Positions 17,827 through 27,566 of a stretch of DNA of 64,000 nucleotides are shown in pieces. The notes beneath the pieces are model-generated. The model saw only the letters and a program-made list of their open reading frames with translations, did not search any database and was not told the DNA's origin. The translations under genes were made by a program, and so were the position numbers. Within the stretch, counting starts at the first letter, position 1. Every line of letters begins with the position of its first letter. Source of the stretch: an uncultured virus (IMG/VR IMGVR_UViG_3300028914_000084) (taxonomy: Duplodnaviria; Heunggongvirae; Uroviricota; Caudoviricetes). Location: IMG/VR virus record IMGVR_UViG_3300028914_000084; one strand, given 5' to 3'.

Positions 17827-18467
17827 CCCCCGCTAACAAATAAATCTACTCTATCTGTCTTCATTGAACTACCACAACTATCAAGAATAATAGCGTCGTA
17901 CTCAACACCATCTATAGTCAACACTAATTCTTCATAGTATTTATATAAATGTACACCGTCCGCAACAAACCATCCCTGATTTGCCAAATATGTCGTAGCT
18001 GTAGCAACCACTAACTTACCATTCCAAGTATACCAACCATGCTCATCTACACCAAAATCCCAACTACATAATCCACTACCAGTACACTCACCAGTACCAG
18101 ACCCATCAGCAGCCCAAAAGCTAGTCATTCGTGTTTCGTAAGTGCTACTATAGTTTATCGGTTCGTAACTATACTCATTATCTTCGCGTACGTTATCCAA
18201 AACCAATTGATTATCTTGTTCAATATCTTCTCCAACATACTCTTCCTCCTCTGGAATATCTACATTTTCAGTAATTTCCTCAGTTTCAACCCTTGTAAAA
18301 CACCCCATATAAGCCCTAAAAACGGCCTTCTCAGCGTTGTTTGTATAATGACGATAAATCAGACGGTTACTTATGAAAATAACCGCCAAACCTAACATAA
18401 ATACACAAAATAAAGCTAATATCACACCCCTAATTTTATTCTTTTTCGACCGACTCATTCCTATCAT
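17784..18467 (-). CDS. Membrane-anchored 3D/double-psi-barrel-like cell wall protein
   Basis: N-terminal TM helix, acidic linker, C-terminal LDSCG....RVDLFV. Confidence 0.55.
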   Translation of the reverse strand: MIGMSRSKKNKIRGVILALFCVFMLGLAVIFISNRLIYRHYTNNAEKAVFRAYMGCFTRVETEEITENVDIPEEEEYVGEDIEQDNQLVLDNVREDNEYSYEPINYSSTYETRMTSFWAADGSGTGECTGSGLCSWDFGVDEHGWYTWNGKLVVATATTYLANQGWFVADGVHLYKYYEELVLTIDGVEYDAIILDSCGSSMKTDRVDLFVSGGWAVKDTMIQVRRK

Positions 18468-18739
18468 CTCCTTTTAATAGATTCAATATAATCTTTCCTT
18501 TTATATACATATTCAATATAATCTTTGTAAGTTTGAATCTTATCAGTATCAACTCTATCTAATACTTTACTATCCCAATAGATAACGAATTCATTATCAT
18601 AAGGAATTACCCTGACATCACAATCTATTAGACAGTGACTACTAATTATGAAATCTACAATTAATTGTAATTCTTTATAATTCATGTTTATCCTTTTCCC
18701 TTTTTCTATAATTCTTATAAGCTTCGTCGTAAATCTCAT
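18464..18739 (-). CDS. Hypothetical protein
   Basis: ORF in a tightly packed operon. Confidence 0.55.
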   Translation of the reverse strand: MRFTTKLIRIIEKGKRINMNYKELQLIVDFIISSHCLIDCDVRVIPYDNEFVIYWDSKVLDRVDTDKIQTYKDYIEYVYKRKDYIESIKRR

Positions 18740-18835
18740 GTAGCTCTCTTTCTGAATACTTGTTACTAATATTTAAGCAACAATATATAAAGAATATCAA
18801 TATCCCCATCAAAATACAACCAATAATATACCCTA

Positions 18836-19081
18836 TCATTTAACCACCTCACAATATTTAGCATCATTACCTTTTGTTTCACATATATTATCTAATATAC
18901 AATAACTTATCCCGTAACTAATTCCTAATAATATACCTATCAAAAATATACACCATACAGTTTTGAAATAAATTTCACATATATCACTTATTATGCCATC
19001 TATATGATATAGCGCATATATAGCAAATATATTCAATAATATAATGCCCTCTATAATAATTGTCAATACCCAAATCATCAT
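18836..19081 (-). CDS. Small membrane protein
   Basis: Two hydrophobic segments. Confidence 0.55.
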   Translation of the reverse strand: MMIWVLTIIIEGIILLNIFAIYALYHIDGIISDICEIYFKTVWCIFLIGILLGISYGISYCILDNICETKGNDAKYCEVVK

Positions 19082-19225
19082 AATTAATACTCCACTATAA
19101 CTTCGTCTTTTACTAATTCTACTGATTTTATATCACTTTCGTCCGTATAATGTTTATTATGATAATTTAACCATATTTCTATAGCCTCTTGATAAGTATT
19201 AGCAGCAACATAATCATCATTTACT

Positions 19226-19561
19226 TTAAATAATTTCTTCATATGACTCTCCTTTTATTTCTTTACCAAAAAATCCTGTGTATGTTTCTATTATTTCTAA
19301 TATTTTATCTGGTGTAAGAATTTGAACATTATTTTTAATCATGTTTAATTTGTTATTTGCAATTTCTAATTTGTGGTTTAAACATTCTATTTCTTTATCT
19401 TTTTCTTCTAATAGCATTTTAATTCTATATTGCCAACTGTCTTCATCTAGCCATTCATGATATAAACCATCAGGGGAATCACAGCTTCTACAATAATCAT
19501 ATGGAATATTATTTTCTAAATCGCTTCTTGCTTGCATTTCTAAATTCTGCACAGCTCTCAC
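19226..19561 (-). CDS. Hypothetical protein
   Basis: ORF with a coiled-coil-like stretch. Confidence 0.55.
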   Translation of the reverse strand: MRAVQNLEMQARSDLENNIPYDYCRSCDSPDGLYHEWLDEDSWQYRIKMLLEEKDKEIECLNHKLEIANNKLNMIKNNVQILTPDKILEIIETYTGFFGKEIKGESYEEII

Positions 19562-19897
19562 CTACTTTCCAAAATATAATAACCATTTATAATCTTTACT
19601 ATGTATTTTATCTTCTTTTAATTGCATAAGTGTTTGATGATTTCTCGTATAATAATACGAATCAACACCATAAGTCTCTACTGACTCTTGTAAAGCATCT
19701 TCATACAACTTGATTTCTTCATCAATATGTTTAGTATCTAGATAAACAATAAGAATAAAAAACTCAAAAAAAGCAGCCACTACCCCTACAAACATACATG
19801 CAACTTGAACATTGTAAAATATATCATTCAACTTATCACCAAATAGTTCTATTAATACATAACCAACTATACAAATAACTAATATAAGAGTTAACAT
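19562..19897 (-). CDS. Membrane protein
   Basis: SD; two TM segments. Confidence 0.6.
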   Translation of the reverse strand: MLTLILVICIVGYVLIELFGDKLNDIFYNVQVACMFVGVVAAFFEFFILIVYLDTKHIDEEIKLYEDALQESVETYGVDSYYYTRNHQTLMQLKEDKIHSKDYKWLLYFGK

Positions 19898-20047
19898 CTT
19901 TATTTACACCTCCATTAAATAGACATAGTTCTATTAGCATTTATTAAAGTCCAACAAGCCGGACGACAACAACTAGAATACGTATAAGAAATATTACGGA
20001 CAAGATAATACATTTGTAATATATCAAAGCCTGTATGAATCATTATA

Positions 20048-20236
20048 TCATTTATCATTATTTACACCTCTTATACAAAAAGATTCTCTAAAACCTCTAA
20101 CATAAACACCACCTGACTTCTCACAATTGTTTTCTAAAATAGTATTAATAAACATAGCCCCAATTATAAATAAAATAATACCAATAACACAAATAGTGTT
20201 TTTATTTTTTAATAACTTATTCATTTTATTTATCAC
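20048..20236 (-). CDS. Small membrane protein
   Basis: One TM followed by a CxxxGG..C motif. Confidence 0.55.
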   Translation of the reverse strand: MINKMNKLLKNKNTICVIGIILFIIGAMFINTILENNCEKSGGVYVRGFRESFCIRGVNNDK

Positions 20237-20675
20237 TCCTTATTTCATTAGTTAATAAATTAATTCTTCTAATACAATTATTTAAACTGTTTTTCAATGT
20301 TCTTAAATCGTGATTAATTTGTATATATTCGGAACCAGTACCCGGTACTTGAAAAACATCAATATCTAGCGTACCAACCTCATCAATATCCTTCAATCTA
20401 TTTATTTCCCTAGACACACTAGACGATTTTTTAATATTTTCTTCAGCTTTTACCAATTTAATACTAGGTATCTTAATTTTATCATTCAATTCGCATAATA
20501 ACACATCGTTTAAAAAATATCTTGGTTCTCCATTATGTATATAACATGTATAATCTGTTTCTAAATCTTTTTCATAAATGCGCTCGTCCCAAATTATATA
20601 ATCAGGAACTTCTTTCCCATTTGCTATATCGATTAATAATTCTATTACAGTAATAGTATCTTTCGTATATATCAC
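20226..20675 (-). CDS. Hypothetical protein
   Basis: ORF with SD; start codon uncertain. Confidence 0.55.
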   Translation of the reverse strand: MIYTKDTITVIELLIDIANGKEVPDYIIWDERIYEKDLETDYTCYIHNGEPRYFLNDVLLCELNDKIKIPSIKLVKAEENIKKSSSVSREINRLKDIDEVGTLDIDVFQVPGTGSEYIQINHDLRTLKNSLNNCIRRINLLTNEIRSDK

Positions 20676-20763
20676 TCCTATTCCACATCATTTTTTTAAA
20701 AAGTCATTGCAGTTTTAACAGATTTTAATCCTAATATTTTTCTAATTTTATTAAGCATACGTA

Positions 20764-21045
20764 TCAAACCTCACAATCCATAATATCATCTTTTTCTTTC
20801 TTATTATCCAATATAGGTGCAAAATTACTATTAGCAATAATCTTTTCGTAAGCATAAACTTTAGCTTTTAGCTCGCCAACTTCATCATCGTGACACTCAT
20901 TAAATACTTTAAGAAGAGCTTGTTTAACTAACGGTTTAGAACTTTCACTTATCACTCTACTAGTCCATCCACCTGAACTACCGTGATATTCAGTCAAACC
21001 ACATAATGCATCAAATACTCTATCTACTATATCTTTCTTTTCCAT
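20764..21045 (-). CDS. Hypothetical protein
   Basis: SD; LKAKVYAYEKIIANSNFAP. Confidence 0.6.
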   Translation of the reverse strand: MEKKDIVDRVFDALCGLTEYHGSSGGWTSRVISESSKPLVKQALLKVFNECHDDEVGELKAKVYAYEKIIANSNFAPILDNKKEKDDIMDCEV

Positions 21046-21218
21046 TTTAACTCCTCATTACATTCTTTAATAAGAATTTTAGTATGTTTTTCATAATTTT
21101 CAGGATCTAAATATAACCATAAGTTATTAATTATCTCCAATTTATCCTGTGCAGACATATCAATATTATTTATATTTAATAAAAATTCCCTAGCTTTTAA
21201 TAACGATTCTTTATCCAT
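21027..21218 (-). CDS. Hypothetical protein
   Basis: Coupled ORF. Confidence 0.55.
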   Translation of the reverse strand: MDKESLLKAREFLLNINNIDMSAQDKLEIINNLWLYLDPENYEKHTKILIKECNEELKWKRKI

Positions 21219-21403
21219 TATTTACCCTCCAATTTTCTATAATAAATCATACATAATAAATATAAAATTATACTATTATATAAATCAAACTTTATTGCAA
21301 TAAAAGATAATACAAAATAAATAAATATTGCTGCTAATGAACTTTTCATATTATTTATCCTCCTTATAAGGGACCGCCATATATTTACTTTTATAATAAT
21401 CAT
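21218..21403 (-). CDS. Small membrane protein
   Basis: Hydrophobic; start probably at MKSS. Confidence 0.5.
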   Translation of the reverse strand: MIIIKVNIWRSLIRRINNMKSSLAAIFIYFVLSFIAIKFDLYNSIILYLLCMIYYRKLEGK

Positions 21404-21773
21404 GCCAGTCTAGCAAACTAAATAATCTTTCAAAACAATCGTTTTCAGTATGTCCATCCCATACAGGAGCATTTTCTAATTCTATAACATCAAAATAATA
21501 CCAATATTTTAAATCATAATGATATGTATATTGTCCTTCTGGGGTTTTTATACCTACTATAAAATAATTATCATACATGGTTCCATCTGAATGTTTTTTA
21601 GATTTCCAAGATATATTTTTATTCTGATTGCAAATAAAAGCAAATAGAACACATCGTTGATAATACAATGATTCAAATGTATGATATCCATCACTTATTA
21701 AATCTGTATAGATTAAATTAGATTTATCTAGACTTTTTATCAATTCATTTATATTATTTTCAATATTATTCAT
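21351..21773 (-). CDS. WDGH-motif phage protein
   Basis: SDGYHTF..LY, WKSKKHSDG, QYTYHY, APVWDGHT. Confidence 0.7.
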   Translation of the reverse strand: MNNIENNINELIKSLDKSNLIYTDLISDGYHTFESLYYQRCVLFAFICNQNKNISWKSKKHSDGTMYDNYFIVGIKTPEGQYTYHYDLKYWYYFDVIELENAPVWDGHTENDCFERLFSLLDWHDYYKSKYMAVPYKEDK

Positions 21774-21783
21774 ATTAATCCTC

Positions 21784-22053
21784 CTATTTTACATTCTCTA
21801 ATTCACTTAATTCTTTTTGTAATTTATTTAATTGTGCTCTCTTTTCAGCTATTTTCTTTTGTCTAAAAACTTCTGGTGTTAGTTGAACATCACCGCTATC
21901 AATAGCTTCATCGAGTTCCCATTCAGTTATATATTTTTTATTATTAATTCTACCATCTAAAACGTAACAAATATCCATTATCTCAATTGATTCACATTCA
22001 CCTTTTCTTTCTACAAATAATAATTGGTTAATATCATATTTTGTATTTGCCAT
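21784..22053 (-). CDS. Hypothetical protein
   Basis: SD plus ORF. Confidence 0.6.
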   Translation of the reverse strand: MANTKYDINQLLFVERKGECESIEIMDICYVLDGRINNKKYITEWELDEAIDSGDVQLTPEVFRQKKIAEKRAQLNKLQKELSELENVK

Positions 22054-22072
22054 AGCTAATCCTCCTTTATTA

Positions 22073-22390
22073 TTATCTAATAAATGGACCTATTCCATAA
22101 AAAGAATTAAATCCAAATGGTATTATGTCACAATCTCTAGCACTTAAAGATTTCCTTAATTCAACTTCTTGTTGTCTTTGTGCTATATCTAATTCAGCTT
22201 CTACACTTTGTTTTATTAAACCACCGTAGTAATCAAATAATGCATTACATTCTCTAATTCGTTTATTTAAATTTTTTGGAACATCTTTACCCTTTTTTGT
22301 ATATCTTTCTTTTATTTTGATTAATCTTTTACTCTCTTTAAAATATTCATCACATCTATCTTCAAGCCATTTCATATATTTTTCACCCAT
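22073..22390 (-). CDS. Hypothetical protein
   Basis: SD plus ORF. Confidence 0.6.
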   Translation of the reverse strand: MGEKYMKWLEDRCDEYFKESKRLIKIKERYTKKGKDVPKNLNKRIRECNALFDYYGGLIKQSVEAELDIAQRQQEVELRKSLSARDCDIIPFGFNSFYGIGPFIR

Positions 22391-22751
22391 CTATACCATC
22401 CTCTATATTATTTTTTCTTTTATACTTTTTATAATCTCTTTCGTGCAGCTTCCATAAAGGGTAATTATATTGCAAATATGTTTCTTCTTCCCACTCACCC
22501 CATCTACATACTTTTTGTGTTACCCATTCAGTATTTCTATTACTATTTTCTAAATATGTATTTATGCATAATATCGGGTCAACTATATATTTTAATTCCC
22601 AATATGGTATATTATTTTCATAACCCATCTTTCTTACATATAAAATTTCTAATCTATCATTGAAAAAATAATTAATATCATGATCCTCTAGATACTTTTC
22701 AATTTCTTCTTTTATGAATTTATCTTTTAGATTTTCATCCACATATATCAT
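22383..22751 (-). CDS. Hypothetical protein
   Basis: Overlapping operon ORF. Confidence 0.55.
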   Translation of the reverse strand: MIYVDENLKDKFIKEEIEKYLEDHDINYFFNDRLEILYVRKMGYENNIPYWELKYIVDPILCINTYLENSNRNTEWVTQKVCRWGEWEEETYLQYNYPLWKLHERDYKKYKRKNNIEDGIDG

Positions 22752-23031
22752 CTCCTAATATATTTAAAATATCTTTATAATAATTTAAATCATTATAACC
22801 ATGTTTTGATTTTATATATTCAATAACATTTGAACGCTGTTTTCTTAATTCCTTATTATCTTTCTCTAATAATTGATTTCTATAGAGAAGTTTTATACAA
22901 GTTCCTAATAATGGATCCTCTCCACATCCGTGCAGTGATGCAATATATTGTAATTCTAGTGTACCTAATTCAGACTCTGTTAATAATAAATCCAATTGAT
23001 CTTTTTTAGACAGATTATTAAAATTAATCAA
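22735..23031 (-). CDS. Hypothetical protein
   Basis: SD plus TTG start. Confidence 0.55.
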   Translation of the reverse strand: MINFNNLSKKDQLDLLLTESELGTLELQYIASLHGCGEDPLLGTCIKLLYRNQLLEKDNKELRKQRSNVIEYIKSKHGYNDLNYYKDILNILGDDICG

Positions 23032-23044
23032 TCAATATCACTCC

Positions 23045-23344
23045 TTATATATTATTTAAACCTACTACATTATTAAAAAAGTCATCGATATTAAACATCC
23101 AACCAGCTGAAATGTATTTCATGTCATTAATAATTTTTTCTTCACGATAATAAGCATAATCATATTTTTCAGTAGCATAATTTAAAAATACCTCATAACC
23201 AATATCAACTTTTCTACCACGCCCTTCAATATGCATACTATCTAAAGCATTATTCCAACAGAATGTATAACCGTTGTGCCCAAGCCATTCCTTACACTGA
23301 CTAATCAAGTCATCACATGCATCACTATGATATTTTTCAGTCAT
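23045..23344 (-). CDS. Hypothetical protein
   Basis: SD plus ORF. Confidence 0.55.
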   Translation of the reverse strand: MTEKYHSDACDDLISQCKEWLGHNGYTFCWNNALDSMHIEGRGRKVDIGYEVFLNYATEKYDYAYYREEKIINDMKYISAGWMFNIDDFFNNVVGLNNI

Positions 23345-23526
23345 CTATATCACTTCCTTTTCTTATCGTCTTTCCATGCTTCTATAACATCTTTAAATGA
23401 TAAGTCATATTCAGATAAAACCACAGCAGCATAAAATAACCACATCAAAAAACCAAATATAATAATACCTAATGTTGCACCAACAATACCTAATATTATC
23501 TCAACCATCTATATCATCTCCTAATA

Positions 23527-23745
23527 TCAATCCTTAATTAACGGTTCTAAAATAACACCTCTATCAAGTAATTTCATTATTGCTTGAGCTTCTTCTTTTA
23601 TAATCGGTATACCTTCATTAACATTATTTATTAATGTAACCTCTCTTCTAACTCTCCAATTATTACCTACATCTTTAAATGTATTTATCTTAAAATCTTT
23701 AACATACATATCCCCGATTTTAATTCTAACAAATTCTTCATCCAT
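23527..23745 (-). CDS. Hypothetical protein
   Basis: ORF in operon. Confidence 0.5.
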   Translation of the reverse strand: MDEEFVRIKIGDMYVKDFKINTFKDVGNNWRVRREVTLINNVNEGIPIIKEEAQAIMKLLDRGVILEPLIKD

Positions 23746-23831
23746 CTATATCATCTTCTTTTCTAATAGTTCTTTTATTTCTCTTAATAGAGTTCTAATT
23801 TCTTGCAAACAATTTAATACTCCACTATGCA

Positions 23832-24140
23832 TTATTTATGATCCTCCTTTTTATCCCAATTGTCAATTTCAACATCAAACCCGAATTTCTGTAATAATTC
23901 TGTGGAATATTTATACTGAGTTCCATAAAATGTATGAGTGCCTAAATACTCATGATTATCATAATAAGTATCAAATATATCCCCTTCGCAATTACAAATA
24001 AAATCATCGCTACCAGGTTCTACTCGCTCATCTGTTATTGGTATAACCCAACCACAACAAAATTCTTTATTTACAACAATCTGATATTTATCGTTTTTTA
24101 AACCATCTAATTCATCCCAGGTTTTAATTAATTTACTCAT
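23832..24140 (-). CDS. Hypothetical protein
   Basis: Strong SD plus ORF. Confidence 0.6.
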   Translation of the reverse strand: MSKLIKTWDELDGLKNDKYQIVVNKEFCCGWVIPITDERVEPGSDDFICNCEGDIFDTYYDNHEYLGTHTFYGTQYKYSTELLQKFGFDVEIDNWDKKEDHK

Positions 24141-24293
24141 CTATAATCCTCCTTATAATCCTTATTAACTACTTTTATCTTTTTAGAATATTTTAATTTC
24201 CTTACGAATTTATCACGTTCGTATTCTGTTTCAAAATATTTAAAAAATATATTGCCTGTAGTAATATCCATTAATTGTAAATATGGTTTCATA

Positions 24294-24527
24294 CTAAACA
24301 CTCTCCTTAGTCTGCATCTCTTTTAGCAACATCTTTTTGAAATAATTTTTATCTAATGTTACACCACATAAATGACATGTTCCGTATTTCTTAACATGGA
24401 CGTCGTGATTTTGATACTTACATCTAGGACATATAACGTTACCTAAAATTTTAGCTCTTTCTTCTTTACTAATATCTTTAAATTCATCTCTTTTTCTATT
24501 TTTATATTTAATTTTTAAATCTATCAT
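24294..24527 (-). CDS. Zinc-ribbon protein
   Basis: CPRC...CHLC. Confidence 0.6.
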   Translation of the reverse strand: MIDLKIKYKNRKRDEFKDISKEERAKILGNVICPRCKYQNHDVHVKKYGTCHLCGVTLDKNYFKKMLLKEMQTKESV

Positions 24528-24528
24528 T

Positions 24529-25194
24529 TTAAATCTCCTTATAATCTTTTAAATATCTTTTTAACTTTTTTATAGCTCTTATTTTAATTCTTGAAACTTG
24601 ACATTGACCACGGTACCTAACACCAAGTTTTTTATATATCATTTTTTTAATAGTTTTCTGTGTTAATACACTATACCCGTTCAAACCAAATGTGTGGTTT
24701 ATAACAAATTGTTCAATATCTGATAACTGATTAATAGCGTTATATAGTTCTTTATTAGTTTCTTTTTCTATAACACTGTTTTCTATATTTATATCGTCTG
24801 GTATTAGTTCTATAGTATCTACACCGCATCCAGTTGTATCAATATTTAAACTAAGCATATCAAACCATTGTTTATTTGATTTTTTCCTACCATAATTATA
24901 TAACTCATGTCTAATACAAGATATAGCATAAGTATTAAATTTCGTATTAGATTCGCTATCAAAACTTCTAGCAGCTTTACACAATCCAATCATACCAATA
25001 TCATAAAAATTATCTATGTCTTTATATATACCTAATTTTTTAATAACATAATAAATAAGATTCTTATTATCTAATACTAATTCATGATATCTTTTCATAA
25101 AATGTTCATATTCAATGCCTGCTTTATAAGTTGTTATAATATCATGATTACAATACCATTGTTCAAAATCAGTCATAATATGGCTCTCCTTCAT
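24529..25194 (-). CDS. Sigma-70 family sigma factor, sporulation-sigma-like
   Basis: Region 2 (GMIGLCKAARSFD...KFNTYA..CIRHEL) and region 4 (LTQKTI...QCQVSRIKIRAIKKLK). Confidence 0.85.
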   Translation of the reverse strand: MKESHIMTDFEQWYCNHDIITTYKAGIEYEHFMKRYHELVLDNKNLIYYVIKKLGIYKDIDNFYDIGMIGLCKAARSFDSESNTKFNTYAISCIRHELYNYGRKKSNKQWFDMLSLNIDTTGCGVDTIELIPDDINIENSVIEKETNKELYNAINQLSDIEQFVINHTFGLNGYSVLTQKTIKKMIYKKLGVRYRGQCQVSRIKIRAIKKLKRYLKDYKEI

Positions 25195-25474
25195 CTTCTC
25201 TATACCCTTTAACGTATTTTATTCTTTCATTATACTTTTCTTGTAAAATACGCCTTTTTTCTAAGATACTTTCTTGTTGTTTTGCTATTTTCTTAGCTCT
25301 ATAAGAATCTTTTCTACGTTGTTTGTTAATAAATTTTTTACATTCTGACTCATCATTACTATGAAATATACTTCTAGAACAACTACCATTTCCGGTGCTA
25401 CTTATTCGCCAAACAACATATTTGTACTCTTCTTTAGTACTTTCTTCTATTCTATAATCTATCATAAATATCAC
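25169..25474 (-). CDS. Hypothetical protein
   Basis: ORF in operon. Confidence 0.55.
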   Translation of the reverse strand: MIFMIDYRIEESTKEEYKYVVWRISSTGNGSCSRSIFHSNDESECKKFINKQRRKDSYRAKKIAKQQESILEKRRILQEKYNERIKYVKGYREDEGEPYYD

Positions 25475-25728
25475 CTATGTTTTCTAGAATTTTCACGTTG
25501 ATTAGCTAACTTATTCTGGTATTTTGATTCTTCTTTTGTTAATCCGGTATGATTATTAAATTCTAGTCTACCGCCATATTTCTTAATTTGATAATTGTTT
25601 ATTCTAACAAACATGTCATCAGCTTCCCAAGCATTAAATCCGTATTTCTCTTTCATTTCATCTTTAAACTTTTTACTAACTATAACATTATCTTTATATA
25701 AATTAAAAATCATTTCCTTTTTGTCCAT
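25471..25728 (-). CDS. Hypothetical protein
   Basis: SD plus ORF. Confidence 0.6.
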   Translation of the reverse strand: MDKKEMIFNLYKDNVIVSKKFKDEMKEKYGFNAWEADDMFVRINNYQIKKYGGRLEFNNHTGLTKEESKYQNKLANQRENSRKHR

Positions 25729-25881
25729 TATAAATCACCTCTTAAAATATTATTTAAAATTAAAACCAACCGCCTGAAATTTCACAATATCCAACAATAA
25801 ATGCCATAAACATTGTTAAAATCACAACAAAAGTAACTGTCAACCCCTCTATAACATGTTTTAAACCACTATCTATCATAT

Positions 25882-26091
25882 TTAACTCCTTAATATAGTA
25901 TTATTTTTTATCTTTTTTCCACAAATAGGACAATAATTTATTTTAACTGCTTCATGTATACCATTATAAATAATTAATAAATAATCTGAATCAATATTAA
26001 CTTTTATAGGTAAATCATCACTAAGTAATTGCTTCTTAAACAAATCATCTGATTTACAATATTTACATTCTATATTTTCTTTCTTTATCAT
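25882..26091 (-). CDS. Zinc-ribbon protein
   Basis: CKYC...INYCPICGKK. Confidence 0.65.
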   Translation of the reverse strand: MIKKENIECKYCKSDDLFKKQLLSDDLPIKVNIDSDYLLIIYNGIHEAVKINYCPICGKKIKNNTILRS

Positions 26092-26603
26092 AATTTATAA
26101 CCTCTTTTGAATATATTTTCAGTTGTTAATATCCTTATTATTTTTGGATTAATTTTAACAGGTCCTACTGTTATATATAAATCATCATTTTTTAATAAAT
26201 TTAATTTTCTAACATACTCTAATCTATTATCAGAATATCTAAATAATTGATCTCGAGCTGTGTCGAAATACAAGACAATGTTGTTTTCATCATCTTTTCG
26301 TTTAACAATAGCTGTATCATAAACCTTAGCAACTCCATCAAAATATTCAATAACTACAATATCACCAGTCATTAATAATTTAAATATATTGCTTGTTGGT
26401 CCATAACCTTTAACTATTTCATTATAACCATTCCATTTGATAGGATCTTTAACTACAGATATACAATGTTCATCTATAATATCCCCTTCATTACTATCTA
26501 AATGAAATTGAAATTGATTTTTTAATAACCTTTCGGCATCAACATTCCCTATATAACCTCGTGATGTTCTAATATATTTATTTTTAATATTTATCTCACT
26601 CAT
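26088..26603 (-). CDS. Hypothetical protein, first gene after the 26632 terminator
   Basis: SD TAGGAG; its RBS is matched by the 9722 hairpin loop. Confidence 0.65.
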   Translation of the reverse strand: MSEINIKNKYIRTSRGYIGNVDAERLLKNQFQFHLDSNEGDIIDEHCISVVKDPIKWNGYNEIVKGYGPTSNIFKLLMTGDIVVIEYFDGVAKVYDTAIVKRKDDENNIVLYFDTARDQLFRYSDNRLEYVRKLNLLKNDDLYITVGPVKINPKIIRILTTENIFKRGYKL

Positions 26604-26624
26604 TACAATCCACTCCTAATTATT

Positions 26625-26660
26625 TAAAAATAAGAGTCTAGGTCATTCGCCTAAACTCTT
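26625..26660 (-). terminator. Rho-independent terminator
   Basis: AAGAGTTTAGG/CCTAGACTCTT stem plus ATTTTT. Confidence 0.7.
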
Positions 26661-26910
26661 AAAATTTCAAATTTTCGATTATTGATATTAAAAACATTAA
26701 TCCTAACATAGCTCCCGAAGCTAAGATTCCAAAAATTGTGTAAATCATCGCATTTTCAAATCTATCCCATTTAGCTTTTAATTTATTCTTTCTATTTCTT
26801 TCATTAATACGCTTTCTAGTTTCGATTTGATTCTTTTTGATGATTTCATTCATCTTTAAATCCTCCTCAGTACTACCAATCATTTCATATTTTTTCATCA
26901 TATAATTCAT
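26659..26910 (-). CDS. Membrane protein in a promoter-terminator cassette
   Basis: C-terminal TM; flanked by the motif and a terminator. Confidence 0.65.
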   Translation of the reverse strand: MNYMMKKYEMIGSTEEDLKMNEIIKKNQIETRKRINERNRKNKLKAKWDRFENAMIYTIFGILASGAMLGLMFLISIIENLKF

Positions 26911-26918
26911 CTCCTTCT

Positions 26919-26945
26919 CATTATAAGAAGTGATTTTTACGCGAA
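26919..26945 (-). promoter_or_regulatory. CGCG-N14-TATAAT promoter-like motif
   Basis: TTCGCGTAAAAATCACTTCTTATAATG. Confidence 0.75.
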
Positions 26946-26946
26946 A

Positions 26947-27147
26947 TTATTGTTCTTCTTTATAGTTGTTAATAGCAAATTTATTTTGTTGAATTATTAA
27001 CTGTCTATATAATTTATCATCTAATGTTATTTTATCCATAATACCAGATGGCGCTACAATTATGTTATTGAATAGCTTAAATCGATTCTTTTTAATGTAT
27101 TCAACATCTTTGTCATTACTAGCATAAGTTATTTTTGTCGCTCGCAT
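26947..27147 (-). CDS. Hypothetical protein
   Basis: ORF in operon. Confidence 0.5.
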   Translation of the reverse strand: MRATKITYASNDKDVEYIKKNRFKLFNNIIVAPSGIMDKITLDDKLYRQLIIQQNKFAINNYKEEQ

Positions 27148-27382
27148 CTTTCATCTTCCCTTCATTTACTTTAGAGTAATTTTTAATAACCGTCTTCGCT
27201 ATCCTTATTTCTTCAGGATTTAAATATCTTTTATTTGTAAAATATCTAATTATTAAATCAATATCTAATCGTAATTGTTTAGCTTGATCTACTAATTTTA
27301 TATTACTATTTAAAACACGCTCGTAATCGGATTTTGTCCAGCAATTACCTCGTCTTTTTTCATCAAATAATTCATTTCCCAT
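27119..27382 (-). CDS. Hypothetical protein
   Basis: ORF in operon. Confidence 0.55.
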   Translation of the reverse strand: MGNELFDEKRRGNCWTKSDYERVLNSNIKLVDQAKQLRLDIDLIIRYFTNKRYLNPEEIRIAKTVIKNYSKVNEGKMKDASDKNNLC

Positions 27383-27383
27383 A

Positions 27384-27554
27384 TTATTTACCTTTCTTGT
27401 CTTTAGCCTCTTCGAACTTTACAGGCTTTCGACTATTAATATTTACAGGATTATCTAAACAATTATTGCATGGTTCTTGCACAGCATCTACATCGCGATG
27501 TTTACATATTGGGCAATACTTATAAAATTGTACTTCTTTTTCTTCATTCTCCAT
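27384..27554 (-). CDS. Small Cys-rich protein (56 aa)
   Basis: AAGGAGG SD; YCPICKH...PCNNCL, translated by hand. Confidence 0.65.
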   Translation of the reverse strand: MENEEKEVQFYKYCPICKHRDVDAVQEPCNNCLDNPVNINSRKPVKFEEAKDKKGK

Positions 27555-27566
27555 AATTAAACCTCC

